Shown here: positions 1 to 9,821 of the stretch, piece after piece
How the letters are laid out: each line of letters opens with the position of its first letter
How positions within the stretch are numbered: the first letter of the stretch is position 1
Assembly (NCBI GenBank): GCA_043228905.1
Contig: JBHGNT010000004.1
Span: 7,192,001-7,256,000, forward strand
Direction: 5' to 3'
Length of the DNA stretch: 64,000 nt
Source: Azolla caroliniana
Lineage: Eukaryota > Plantae > Polypodiophyta
Translations under genes and position numbers: made by a program
The notes under the pieces: generated by a model
Database searches by the model: none
Seen by the model: the letters and a program-made list of their open reading frames with translations, nothing else
Told to the model about the DNA's origin: nothing

Positions 1-2
1 TC

Positions 3-449
3 CGAGTTCAAGTCAAAGCACGGCTTCCTGAGGCCCAATCCGAGCAATCCTGGCTGGAACAACTCCTCGAACTCGGCGAAGATAGGATAGAGAGTATGGC
101 CCAGCTCAAACAACGCCAACGCCAACGCAAGGGTTTCGTGGATCGACATCGACACGGGCTGGAGAAGGAGCTCACCATCGGCAAACCAGTTCTTCTTTTC
201 CAAACACGACTCGGGTCAATGCCGGGAAAATTAAGATTTCGGTGGACCGGTCCATTCTAGATTATCGATGAGTTCAACGGGATGTTCTAGCTCGGCACAC
301 TCGCCGGCGATACTGTCAAAAGCTGGGCCAATGGTTTCCGACTTCGACCATATCGAGGGACTACACCACCCAACCCGTTTACCGAGCCACACGGCACAAA
401 CAAGTCTCGGGAGACCACCATGGAGGACGCCACGTGTCCCCCTGAATAA
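3..449 (+). pseudogene. C-terminus of a non-chromoviral (Athila-like) Ty3/gypsy integrase; the element continues upstream of the window
   Basis: Manual translation of frame 3 gives ...GKPVLLFQTRLGSMPGKLRFRWTGPF*IIDEFNGMF*LGTLAGDTVKSWANGFRLRPY...CPPE*. This has the GKL..RW.GPF and NG.RL.PY signature of the GPY/F module, two premature TAG stops and no chromodomain. Confidence 0.8.
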
Positions 450-1174
450 GGACTCACCCACCTTCTTGAAATTAATAAAAGTAGTAGTAGGTAGGATTAA
501 CCATACTTTAGCCACTGATTAGCTACACCTACACCACCCACCTAGGCACCCACAATTTTAGGAGCACCCCTTGCCACCACTCAGTTAGTACCTATTTAAG
601 CACATGCAAAGCACTAGAAGCGCCCCACTCACCTTCAGGACACGTGGTGCTAGTCACTTATTATGGCACCCACGACTAAGAATCTTCAGGATTCACTTCA
701 GGCACAAAACCCTAGGAGTAAGTTACTAAAACCGTTTCCAAAACGCAGCACAGACCATTATGGCTCCCCATCTCCATCGCTCTCAAGCTCAGAAACCCCG
801 TCTCGCCCTCATCACGCTAAACGCTCTTGCTCTCAAGCCCTCTTTTGCTCTCATAACCCCTCTGCTGGACTTCCCCTTCCTGCTGTTCCTCCTGTGTCTC
901 GCCCTCGCCTCATCACTCTTCTTCACGCTTCCACACAGTCGAACCCCGTCTCCATCTCCACCATGCCTCTTACCGCCTCAGTAGAAACCCGCGTCTCGCT
1001 CTAGGAACGAGGAATGGGCGGTTACCGGAAGATCATCGATGCCCCCGCGCACCCAGATGCCCAAGGTGTGGCTAAACGTATAACTCCCGAAGCCATCACC
1101 AACAACATGCTTCGGGCTGTTTTGGACTTGCAACGGGGAGGGGACCATGAGGTCGACATACCCCGACATCAAAG

Positions 1175-3799
1175 ATGAAGGCGTACTTCGGTGAGTACTC
1201 AGCCTCAGGGAAGGCATATCGCACATATGGCGGTCCCAACAAAGCTTTCGGGGAGATTGCTCGTATATTAATGGAGTATGCGTTCGTGCAGACGAACCCA
1301 ACGAGCATGCCACAGAACAAGGCAACCATCATCATCAGCGCGTATGAACGAAACAGAATCGATTGGGGAATCATCACAGGTGAGGGACTTCGCACCGCCT
1401 TAGCTTCATTTTAGTCCGGTAAGAAGATGTTGTTTGTTCTTACCCACTTTTTGATGGTTCTATACCCACCCTCTTCTCTTCCTTCCCCTCGCACACTCAC
1501 GTCCCCACCACCACCACGAAGGCAGAGAGAGAAATTCGTTGCCATCAGCCAAGAAGCATGGGAGGAGCCCACATCGCCTTCACCTCCTGCGGCCGACCAA
1601 AACCCCGCAACTGCACCACCACCCACCCAACCCCAACAAAAAAGGGCAGTTTCCAAGACCTGCCAAGAATGGGAGGAGGAGGTAGCCGCGGAAGACAACC
1701 CGGCCGATGACGTCACCATTCGACAGCCAACGTCACGCCCCTCGGTAACATCCCCAGGGCCTAGCCCACGCCCCAACACACATCAGGCTGCACCACCACG
1801 ACCCCAGAAAAGGAAGTAGGTGGAGGAAACAACACTACCGGCCCTAGAACCCCAAACACAGCCAAGCAAGAGAAGACGACTCAACCGCGAGTCCTCGGAA
1901 GAACGGAAAGAGCCACAACAAGAGCAAGTCTTAGTTGTCCGACAGAGCAACCTGGCCATCACCCCTGAGGAGGCATCGTTGAACCAGGGAAAGATCGAGC
2001 ATGGGCAGACAACACAGATCTCGGAGGATGAAGTCCTCGGGTATAAGGACCTCCCGGCGGAGGCTTACGAATTTAGTGCGCTCCTACGCCTCGGTACGAC
2101 ATTCGAGCTGGTCGACTTCCTCACCAGAGCCCAAGTCGCGGCAGCCGCTCGAATGGCGGAGGAGCACGTCGAAACAAAAATGATTCAACGCGCGTTAATA
2201 GGTGAAATTGAGTCCTAGGAGGACAGGGCTTTACAAAAAATCGGTAGGAAGAAGCAGGCAAAACAGGCCGCTCTCCTCATGGAAGTCCCCGAGTTGAACA
2301 CGGCCCTTATCGAGGCATATCGGGACCTGGATCGCACTACGCGGGCAGCCAAAGACATGGCCCGAAAGATAAAAATAGGCCAAAAACAGGCTAAGATGGC
2401 GTCAGAATTATGGCAAGCTGCGAACCAGAAGCTGGCAGCCTGGGAGCAAAATCGGCCGGAACAACAACTCTTGAGCCTTCCGGTCACGACCACCGAGGCC
2501 CTCCCAGCGCCTCCACGCATAACAATGATGGATGAAAGCACCATCACCGACTCAATCCTGACGGTGCAAGCCAGTACACAAACGAACTCGTTACAGATGG
2601 TCGATGCCTGCACAACAACCGAGGCGCCCACGGCCATGGAGAAGACCGTGGTACCACCACCACGTGCACCTAAGGAGGTGGCAACCCAGACAGAACCCCC
2701 GCTCCGGGATTACCGCGCGGAGCTTAAAGAAGAACAACGGCGAACCGAGAGACACGAACAATGGCATCAAGAGGCGATGGCTCGCCTAAAAGAAGAAGCT
2801 TCCAAGCAGATGGCCGAGATTAGAGCCCAGGCCGACCAAAGGATACACGAGCAGAACGAAGCACTGGGCCGGGTACAAGCACAAGCCACGGCCAAAGAAG
2901 CCGAACTCAAAAGCAAGCTGGAGGAATACGCAGCCACAGTGGTGAAGAAAGTGAAGGAGGTTCTAGACCTACAGGCCATGCTCGACAATGCGAAAGACTG
3001 GAACCATCGGCAGGAGGAAAGAAATCGCCAACGGGAGGAGAGGATGATCGCGGAGAATGCCGAGCTGCAGAGTCAGCGTATGACCCATAAAGAAATGGCT
3101 GATGAGTTTTTCATCAAATGCAAGCTACTTTCGGAGCAAAAAGACGCATTATCGGATTCCTACTTCGCCCTACAAGAAGAGAGAATCGTCGAATGGGAAC
3201 AAATCCGGGCCACGTGTCAAAAAGAACGGGAGCAAGCCACCGAAGAACTCACCAAGCGTTACGAGCAGGCTCTCTAGCTCGTAACCGCGGATGCAAAGAA
3301 CACTCAGGCCATCTATGAGCTAAGAACACAGAAGATTCAGGCCGAGGTCGACGGCTTAAAACAGGAATTAGCAGCAATCCGAGCACAACCCGGCATGGAT
3401 GAGACACGCATCAGAATACTGATCGAGAAACAGCGCCAGCACCTTACCAAAAAGGTCGAGGAAACATTAAGTCGCCCAGGAGATGAATGGGTAGCCCAAA
3501 CTGCCGAATTGCATATTTTACGTGCCGACGCCGAGAACCAACGGAAGGAGGGCCGCGGCTTCTACAAAATGGACGAAGCCAGCATACAAAACCTATGTGC
3601 AGATTTAACCGAGGATTACCAGTCCTTGGCAAAATCTCACACCGCGGCAATCAAGCAAATAATGGAGGACTTCAATGATGGTCAGATGTTGTGTCGCCTG
3701 GAAGCAGAAGCCTTCGAATGAGAATGACTCGCAGCCATCCCCACCAGCCCTCCAACGGCCACAGAGCAGAAGGAAGAACCTTCCAGCAAGGAGATCACG
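1175..3799 (+). pseudogene. Extra ORF downstream of integrase in the Athila-like element, 5' part (IDWG-containing N-terminal region, Pro/Glu-rich linker, long coiled coil)
   Basis: ORFs 1175-1414, 1427-1819, 1820-2218, 2279-3277 and 3395-3721 are all in one frame and separated only by TAG/TGA point stops. The N-terminus probably extends to about 660-1000 through a frameshift. Confidence 0.7.
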
Positions 3800-4252
3800 T
3801 GTCATAACTAGACTCGAACCCATAACCTTTTGTTACACGGGTCGAGACTTTACCATTAGGTTATGAATTGTAATTTGAAGGATATTATTTTCATTTAGGT
3901 TTTATTGGGAAATTGATGTATATTCCAGATTTCTCTGGAACATTCTAGAAACTTCAGGAGTATTCCTGAAGACACTATAAAAGGAGGCGCAAGGCATTAG
4001 TTCGAACCAAATCGGTTCAACGCCAGTCTTAAGCCTTCTAACTACTGTTGTATATCTTCCTTCATATAATACATATATCTTTCGCATCATCTCTCTCTCT
4101 CTCTCTCTCTCTCTCACTCACTCATTCCTTCTCTCAAAGTTCGACACCTCTCATAGTACTAATCCTTCTCTGTCTTAGTACTATTCCCCAACAATAGTAC
4201 TAATCCTTCTTTTAGTACTAATTCCTTCTCTGCCTTAATAGAGTTCCTGACA
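3800..4252 (+). repeat. 5' LTR of the chromovirus (453 bp)
   Basis: Direct repeat of 9077-9529; one substitution seen (CGCCAG vs CACCAG). TATAAAA at 3976-3982 and a (CT)12 tract. Confidence 0.97.
3922..3971 (+). promoter_or_regulatory. Heat-shock-element (nGAAn/nTTCn) array directly upstream of the LTR TATA box
   Basis: Triplets at exact 5-bp period from 3923 to 3970: TTC-GAT-CTC-GAA-TTC-GAA-TTC-GAG-TTC-GAA. The copy in the 3' LTR is at 9199-9248. Confidence 0.8.
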
Positions 4253-4254
4253 GT

Positions 4255-4266
4255 TTGAACCGATTT
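4255..4266 (+). other. Self-priming type primer binding site
   Basis: TTGAACCGATTT starts 2 nt after the 5' LTR and is the perfect reverse complement of AAATCGGTTCAA (4009-4020), 33 nt downstream of the TATA start. There is no TGG-initiated tRNA PBS. Confidence 0.8.
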
Positions 4267-4330
4267 CGGTGTCTGGTCTTTTCTCTCCCTCCTTTCCTAC
4301 TAGTCTCTTATTTCCCTTTTCCTTCATCCC

Positions 4331-5500
4331 ATGGCCACCGTTAGCGCTGAAGAGTATCAATCCGTTTTCTCGGAATTTCAATGCTTGAAAGAGAAGTTTC
4401 ATGCTTTGGAACAAGAAAATCAACGCTTGTTGGGGGATCTTCAGCAAATTTCCTTAGAAAAGCAGCAAACGCAACAACAACATGGGGAACTTGCGTTACG
4501 CGTGCAACAACTCGAAGCAACCATCGTAGCAATGCAACAACAAGGGCACGGAGCACAAGGGATTCATAAAGAACCCAAGATTGGCCTTCCCACGAAGTTC
4601 GATGGAACGCGATCGCAGTTTAGAGGGTTTCTTAACCAGGTACGGTTAGTTATTCAAATGCATCCGTCCCGATATCCCACCGATGCATCACGAGTGGGTT
4701 TAGTAGGCACGTTGTTAAATGGCTCAGCATTAGCATGGTTCGCTCCGCTACTAGAAAAGGAATCTCCAGTACTAAATAATTTTGAAGAATTCATAAGTGA
4801 GTTTAAAGCATGTTTTGGAGATACTGACAGCATAAGGACTGCAATCAACAAAATCCGGCGATTACGCCAAGGTGACCGTCCAGCCTCCGCATATGCTGCA
4901 GATTTCCGCCTACTCGCCGCCGATATCCCCTGGGATGATCAAGCATTGATGGAGCAGTTCCGCTATGGTCTACGCAACGATGTCAAGGATTTACTCTTGA
5001 CTTTCCCTGAAGAGCCAAAATCATTAACAGAAGCAATCAGTCGAGCGGTCAGATGTGACAACCGCCTCTTCGAGCGACGTTCGGAACGACAATTTCAGAT
5101 GCCGAGGGCAAGATCCGAGCCTACCTATGCCTCAGTGGTAGCAAAACCTTTTCAAAGGGAGTCACATAATGCGCCTCCAGTAAGTACTCCAACTCCAATG
5201 GAAATTGACACTACACGTCGTCGTGGGCCGCTATCGGAGGAGGAAAAGCAACGACGCCGAACAAACCGATTATGCCTTTATTGCGGTGGACCAGGGCATA
5301 TCGCGATAAACTGTCCCCATAGACCAAGAAGGCAGGTAAACCAAGTCGTTGTTAGTTCTGACTATACTAAACCCGAGTCTATTTCAGTAGGAATCTCTGA
5401 TAGTCCTCATAGTCATAATAGTCCTAATAGTACTAATAGTCCGAATCTCGCAAACAAATTTGATGTCCTTAGCCAATTAGAAGAAGAGTTAAACGACTAA
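4331..5500 (+). CDS. gag: Gag (coiled-coil N-terminus, PEG10/sushi-like capsid, CCHC knuckle)
   Basis: 389-aa ORF with P.KFDG.RSQFRGFL, LRQGDRPASAYAADF, FRYGL, PMEID and CLYCGGPGHIAINC. Confidence 0.95.
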   Translation: MATVSAEEYQSVFSEFQCLKEKFHALEQENQRLLGDLQQISLEKQQTQQQHGELALRVQQLEATIVAMQQQGHGAQGIHKEPKIGLPTKFDGTRSQFRGFLNQVRLVIQMHPSRYPTDASRVGLVGTLLNGSALAWFAPLLEKESPVLNNFEEFISEFKACFGDTDSIRTAINKIRRLRQGDRPASAYAADFRLLAADIPWDDQALMEQFRYGLRNDVKDLLLTFPEEPKSLTEAISRAVRCDNRLFERRSERQFQMPRARSEPTYASVVAKPFQRESHNAPPVSTPTPMEIDTTRRRGPLSEEEKQRRRTNRLCLYCGGPGHIAINCPHRPRRQVNQVVVSSDYTKPESISVGISDSPHSHNSPNSTNSPNLANKFDVLSQLEEELND

Positions 5501-5532
5501 GTCCAGCCAAAATAGGAGCCGTTTGGTTGGAC
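5488..5532 (+). other. -1 programmed ribosomal frameshift signal (G_UUA_AAC + 11-bp stem-loop)
   Basis: Heptamer 5488-5494 is in gag phase, then a 6-nt spacer, then stem GTCCAGCCAAA (5501-5511) / TTTGGTTGGAC (5522-5532). Confidence 0.85.
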
Positions 5533-8500
5533 AGCCCTAGATCTGTGCAGCCCATTAGTGGTTCCATTCCCTCTAAGCAAGTTAGTGATGTGTTCGTAGC
5601 CCAAGTAGCAGTTAGTACTAAAAGTACCCCTCCAGTACATACCTTAGCCCTTCTAGATTCCGGAGCTAATTCTTGCTTCATGGATAGGAATTTTGCCCGA
5701 GCTCATCAGATATCTCTCAGAAAGCTCCCATGTCCAGCCTCAGTAGTAGTCATTGATGGTCGTCCCATTGCTTCTGGTAATATCATAGAAGAGTCGGAAC
5801 CCGTTAATATTGTCCTAGATAACTTAACATGTGTAGTATCATTTAATATTATTAGTATTCCAGAACACCCCATAGTTTTAGGATTACCATGGTTCGAGTT
5901 ACATAACCCAGACATAGATTGGAGGACAAGGGAAATCCGGTTGCAACAAACCCAAGGACCTACCCAGAAGGTTGCAACCATTTCGCTACGTCAGTTGCGT
6001 AAGGAAGGGCGCAAGGAGGAAATGTTTCTCTTCGCAATATCAGTACAACCCTCCAGCACCACCAAAAAGGAGTCCACCGTTCAACTTCCCGAGAAGTATC
6101 GTCAGTATGCTGATGTGTTCGATAAAGTACAAGCCAACACACTTCCTCATCATCGGCCGTACGATTGCGCCATCGACTTACAACCGGGAAAAGAGCCGCC
6201 ATGGGGGTCGATCTACAATTTGTCACCCACCGAGCTAGAAGTCCTTCGAGCCTATATAGAGGAGAATTTGGAGAACGGTTTCATTCAGCATTCGAAATCT
6301 CCAGCCGGCGCACCCATTTTCTTCGTCAAGAAAAAAGATGGCTCGCTTCGACTCGTTGTAGATTACCGTGGCTTGAATAAGGTCACAGTAAGAAATAGGT
6401 ATGCTCTTCCCCTTATCTCAAGTCTTTTAGAACGGATCAACGGTGCCAGGTTCTTCACGAAGATCGACTTACGAGGAGCCTATAACCTCGTACGGATCCG
6501 ACCAGGAGATGAATGGAAGACCGCGTTTCGCACCAGATATGGGCACTTCGAGTATACGGTCATGCCGTTCGGACTCACTAATGCGCCGGCAGTCTTCCAG
6601 CACATGGCGAATGATATATTTCGAGATCTCTTGGATGATTTTTTGATCATCTATTTGGATGATCTACTGGTTTATTCAAAGACCCAAGAAGAACATGATT
6701 CTCATGTACTATTAGTACTAAAACGACTTCGAGAACATGGTCTGTATGCAAAGTTAGAGAAATGTAGTTTCGGGTGCAACCAAGTGGAATTTCTCGGCTA
6801 TGTCATCTCCTCAGAAGGCATATCTATGGACCCAGCCAAGGTCAAAACGGTGATAGAATGGCACACTCCGCATTCGGTGCGGGATGTGCAATGCTTCCTA
6901 GGCTTTGCAAATTTTTACCGGAAGTTCATACAAAATTACTCAAAAATTGTGCTGCCTCTCACACAGCTCACCAGGAAGGGACAATCATTCATTTGGTCTA
7001 AAGAGACGGACATGGCTTTCGAGAGTCTTAAGAAGGCGTTTACATCAGCTCCAATTTTAGGTCATGTGGATCCGGAAAAACCATTCATTATCGAAGCTGA
7101 CGCATCGGATTTCGCATTGGGGAGCATTCTGTCACAACAGGGTAACGACGAGAAGCTACATCCTGTGGCTTTCCACTCCCATAAGTTTGACGCCGCCGAA
7201 ATCAACTACGAAATTCATGATAAAGAGCTATTAGCAATAGTTGATTCTTTTATGCAATGGAGGCATTTCCTGGAGGGATCTCCTCATCAGGTCACTGTAT
7301 TCAGTGACCACAAGAACCTTGCCTACTTTCAAGATGCTCGTGTACTGAATCGACGTCAAGCTCGGTGGGCCCACTTCCTCACACGCTTCGACTTCAAAAT
7401 TACATATCGTCCGGGGAAGCACCAAGGGAAGGCAGATGCATTATCACGGCGTTCGTATCTAACACCACGTCCCGGTGAGCCAGCTTTCGATAACCAGAAG
7501 CAAGTAATCTTGGGTCCAGCACGACTGCAAGCAGCACAGGTCTTTGACATACCCGTGGATTCCGACATTACCAATACTATACGTGAGGACTTGAAGACTG
7601 ACGCTTTCGCCCAAGCTATACTAGCACAAATTGACCCCTCTCGAGCGTCATGTTCACAATCACAATCACCAGGTACGGATTATCGGCAATTCAAATACTG
7701 TGATGGATTACTCTTCTTTAAAGAACTTTTGTATGTTCCTAATGGTTCTTGCCGCCTTCGAGTAGTACAAAATTGCCATGACACATATACAGCAGGACAT
7801 TTTGGTAGTACTAAAACATTAGATTTAGTACAACGATCATTCTGGTGGCCCCGTATGCGACAATTTGTCGAAGATTTTGTTCGGACTTGCGATACATGCT
7901 GCAGAGCGAAAATGCCAAGACATCATCCATATGGTTTATTAGAACCATTACCAATTCCAAGCAAGCCATGGCAATCCATTGCTCTTGACTTCATTACAGA
8001 TCTTCCAGTCTCTAAGGGATTCAGTGCGATTCTCACAGTGGTGGATCGATATACGAAGATGGCTCATTTCTTACCATGTACTAAAGAAATATCTAGTGAA
8101 GACACCGCCGAAATTGTCATGCGGGAAGTATGTCGGCATCATGGACTCCCTGATAATATCATCAGCGATCGTGGACCCCAGTTTGTGTCAAAATTCTGGA
8201 AGCACCTTTTTAAAATGCTGAAGGTCACTTGTAACCTCTCCTCCGGCTACCACCCACAAACCGACGGTCAAGCCGAACGAACAAATCAAACACTGGAGCA
8301 GTATCTGCGGTGCTTTCTCAACTATCATCAGAATGACTGGGCAGATATTCTTCAGTTCGCCGAATTTGCCTATAATAACGCTATCCACGCATCGACTAAA
8401 GTCACGCCATTCTACGCTTATACGGGATATCATCCCCGGTGGTGCGTCCTTGAAACCCCAGAAGTGTCCACAAATCCTTGCGCGGAGGATCGTTTGGAGC

Positions 8501-9084
8501 GGTTACGCAAGATACAAGCGGATTTATCTACTCAACTCCAGCAAGCTCAACAATCACACAAGGACTACGCAGATCGTCATCGACTTCCATCCAGTTTTAA
8601 CATTGGAGATCGGGTGTGGCTGCTACGACGACACATCAAGACTACTCGCCCATGTGAGAAGTTGGATTATCGGCGATTAGGTCCTTTCCGTATTATCGGG
8701 AAGATTAATGATGTTGCTTTTCGTCTCGAGCTACCTCCGCAACTTCGGATACATCCGGTGTTTCATAGTTCTCTCCTCGAACCCTATCACGAGAGCACTA
8801 TCCCAGGACGTACTACACAACCACCACCTCCTATCGAGCTCGAAGATGGACCTGAATATGAGGTCGCTGCCATCCTCGATTCCAAGATTGTTCGCAACAA
8901 GCTCTACTATCTAGTCGATTGGCTAGGATATAGTCCCAACGAGCGTACTTGGGAACCGATCGAGAATGTGACCAATGCTCGTGCTCTTCTAGAAGACTTC
9001 CATCGACGATATCCCGAGAAACCGGGTCCTCAGTCCAAAACGACTCGTGGAACTCGTCGTTTTAAAGGGGGGATAGTGTCATAA
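5488..9084 (+). CDS. pol: Pol (protease-RT-RNase H-integrase-chromodomain), expressed by -1 frameshift from gag
   Basis: Motifs LLDSGA, YLDD, EADASD, HHCC, D-D-E (ALDF/ISDRG/QAERTN), LGPF and YEVAAILD...YLVDWLGY...TWEP. The frame is open from 5473, overlaps the gag end in the -1 frame and has no ATG near its start. Confidence 0.95.
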   Translation, partial: VKRLSPAKIGAVWLDSPRSVQPISGSIPSKQVSDVFVAQVAVSTKSTPPVHTLALLDSGANSCFMDRNFARAHQISLRKLPCPASVVVIDGRPIASGNIIEESEPVNIVLDNLTCVVSFNIISIPEHPIVLGLPWFELHNPDIDWRTREIRLQQTQGPTQKVATISLRQLRKEGRKEEMFLFAISVQPSSTTKKESTVQLPEKYRQYADVFDKVQANTLPHHRPYDCAIDLQPGKEPPWGSIYNLSPTELEVLRAYIEENLENGFIQHSKSPAGAPIFFVKKKDGSLRLVVDYRGLNKVTVRNRYALPLISSLLERINGARFFTKIDLRGAYNLVRIRPGDEWKTAFRTRYGHFEYTVMPFGLTNAPAVFQHMANDIFRDLLDDFLIIYLDDLLVYSKTQEEHDSHVLLVLKRLREHGLYAKLEKCSFGCNQVEFLGYVISSEGISMDPAKVKTVIEWHTPHSVRDVQCFLGFANFYRKFIQNYSKIVLPLTQLTRKGQSFIWSKETDMAFESLKKAFTSAPILGHVDPEKPFIIEADASDFALGSILSQQGNDEKLHPVAFHSHKFDAAEINYEIHDKELLAIVDSFMQWRHFLEGSPHQVTVFSDHKNLAYFQDARVLNRRQARWAHFLTRFDFKITYRPGKHQGKADALSRRSYLTPRPGEPAFDNQKQVILGPARLQAAQVFDIPVDSDITNTIREDLKTDAFAQAILAQIDPSRASCSQSQSPGTDYRQFKYCDGLLFFKELLYVPNGSCRLRVVQNCHDTYTAGHFGSTKTLDLVQRSFWWPRMRQFVEDFVRTCDTCCRAKMPRHHPYGLLEPLPIPSKPWQSIALDFITDLPVSKGFSAILTVVDRYTKMAHFLPCTKEISSEDTAEIVMREVCRHHGLPDNIISDRGPQFVSKFWKHLFKMLKVTCNLSSGYHPQTDGQAERTNQTLEQYLRCFLNYHQNDWADILQFAEFAYNNAIHASTKVTPFYAYTGYHPRWCVLETPEVSTNPCAEDRLERLRKIQADLSTQLQQAQQSHKDYADRHRLPSSFNIGDRVWLLRRHIKTTRPCEKLDYRRLGPFRIIGKINDVAFRLELPPQLRIHPVFHSSLLEPYHESTIPGRTTQPPPPIELEDGPEYEVAAILDSKIVRNKLYYLVDWLGYSPNERTWEPIENVTNARALLEDFHRRYPEKPGPQSKTTRGTRRFKGGIVS

Positions 9085-9529
9085 CTAGACTCGAACCCAT
9101 AACCTTTTGTTACACGGGTCGAGACTTTACCATTAGGTTATGAATTGTAATTTGAAGGATATTATTTTCATTTAGGTTTTATTGGGAAATTGATGTATAT
9201 TCCAGATTTCTCTGGAACATTCTAGAAACTTCAGGAGTATTCCTGAAGACACTATAAAAGGAGGCGCAAGGCATTAGTTCGAACCAAATCGGTTCAACAC
9301 CAGTCTTAAGCCTTCTAACTACTGTTGTATATCTTCCTTCATATAATACATATATCTTTCGCATCATCTCTCTCTCTCTCTCTCTCTCTCTCACTCACTC
9401 ATTCCTTCTCTCAAAGTTCGACACCTCTCATAGTACTAATCCTTCTCTGTCTTAGTACTATTCCCCAACAATAGTACTAATCCTTCTTTTAGTACTAATT
9501 CCTTCTCTGCCTTAATAGAGTTCCTGACA
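9077..9529 (+). repeat. 3' LTR of the chromovirus (453 bp)
   Basis: Follows the PPT. The pol stop codon (9082-9084) lies inside it, and the TSD TCACG follows. Confidence 0.97.
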
Positions 9530-9534
9530 TCACG

Positions 9535-9792
9535 GACACGGCACAGGAGGAACTTGCCCCGGCCAATAGACATCCCATGGACGCCCACATGGTACCAGAT
9601 CCTGTCGAAGTAGAGGTCAGCGCCCACGAACCCACACCCCCACCAGAAGAATCGGTCGCACCTGAGGCGGACGCCCGAGAAGATATGCCAACCCCGGACC
9701 AAACTCAACCCCTCGCACCGACAGTCCAACCAGACCACCCTGCCACCACCCCGGACCCCGAAAACATCCTCGACATCTTAAAAGAGGAATGA
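9535..9792 (+). pseudogene. 3' part of the extra ORF (acidic, Pro-rich tail)
   Basis: Removing 3800-9534 joins ...KEIT to DTAQEELAPANRHPMDAHMVPDP...ILKEE* in frame. Confidence 0.8.
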
Positions 9793-9821
9793 AACGAGGA
9801 TCACGCCTAAAAGGAAATTTT

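Larger units (their letters stand above)
3800..9529 (+). mobile_element. Full-length, apparently intact chromoviral Ty3/gypsy LTR retrotransposon (Tcn1/Tf1-sushi-like)
   Basis: TGTCA...TGACA LTRs at 3800-4252 and 9077-9529, 5-bp TSD TCACG (3795-3799 and 9530-9534), uninterrupted gag and pol, PPT AAAGGGGGGA at 9064-9073, C-terminal chromodomain. Confidence 0.97.

Noticed and set aside
5512-5539. Pseudoknot at the chromovirus frameshift site (loop UAGG with downstream CCUA)
   Set aside because: Only 1-3 nt separate stem 1 from the partner strand, too short to span an 11-bp stem, so it is treated as a simple hairpin.
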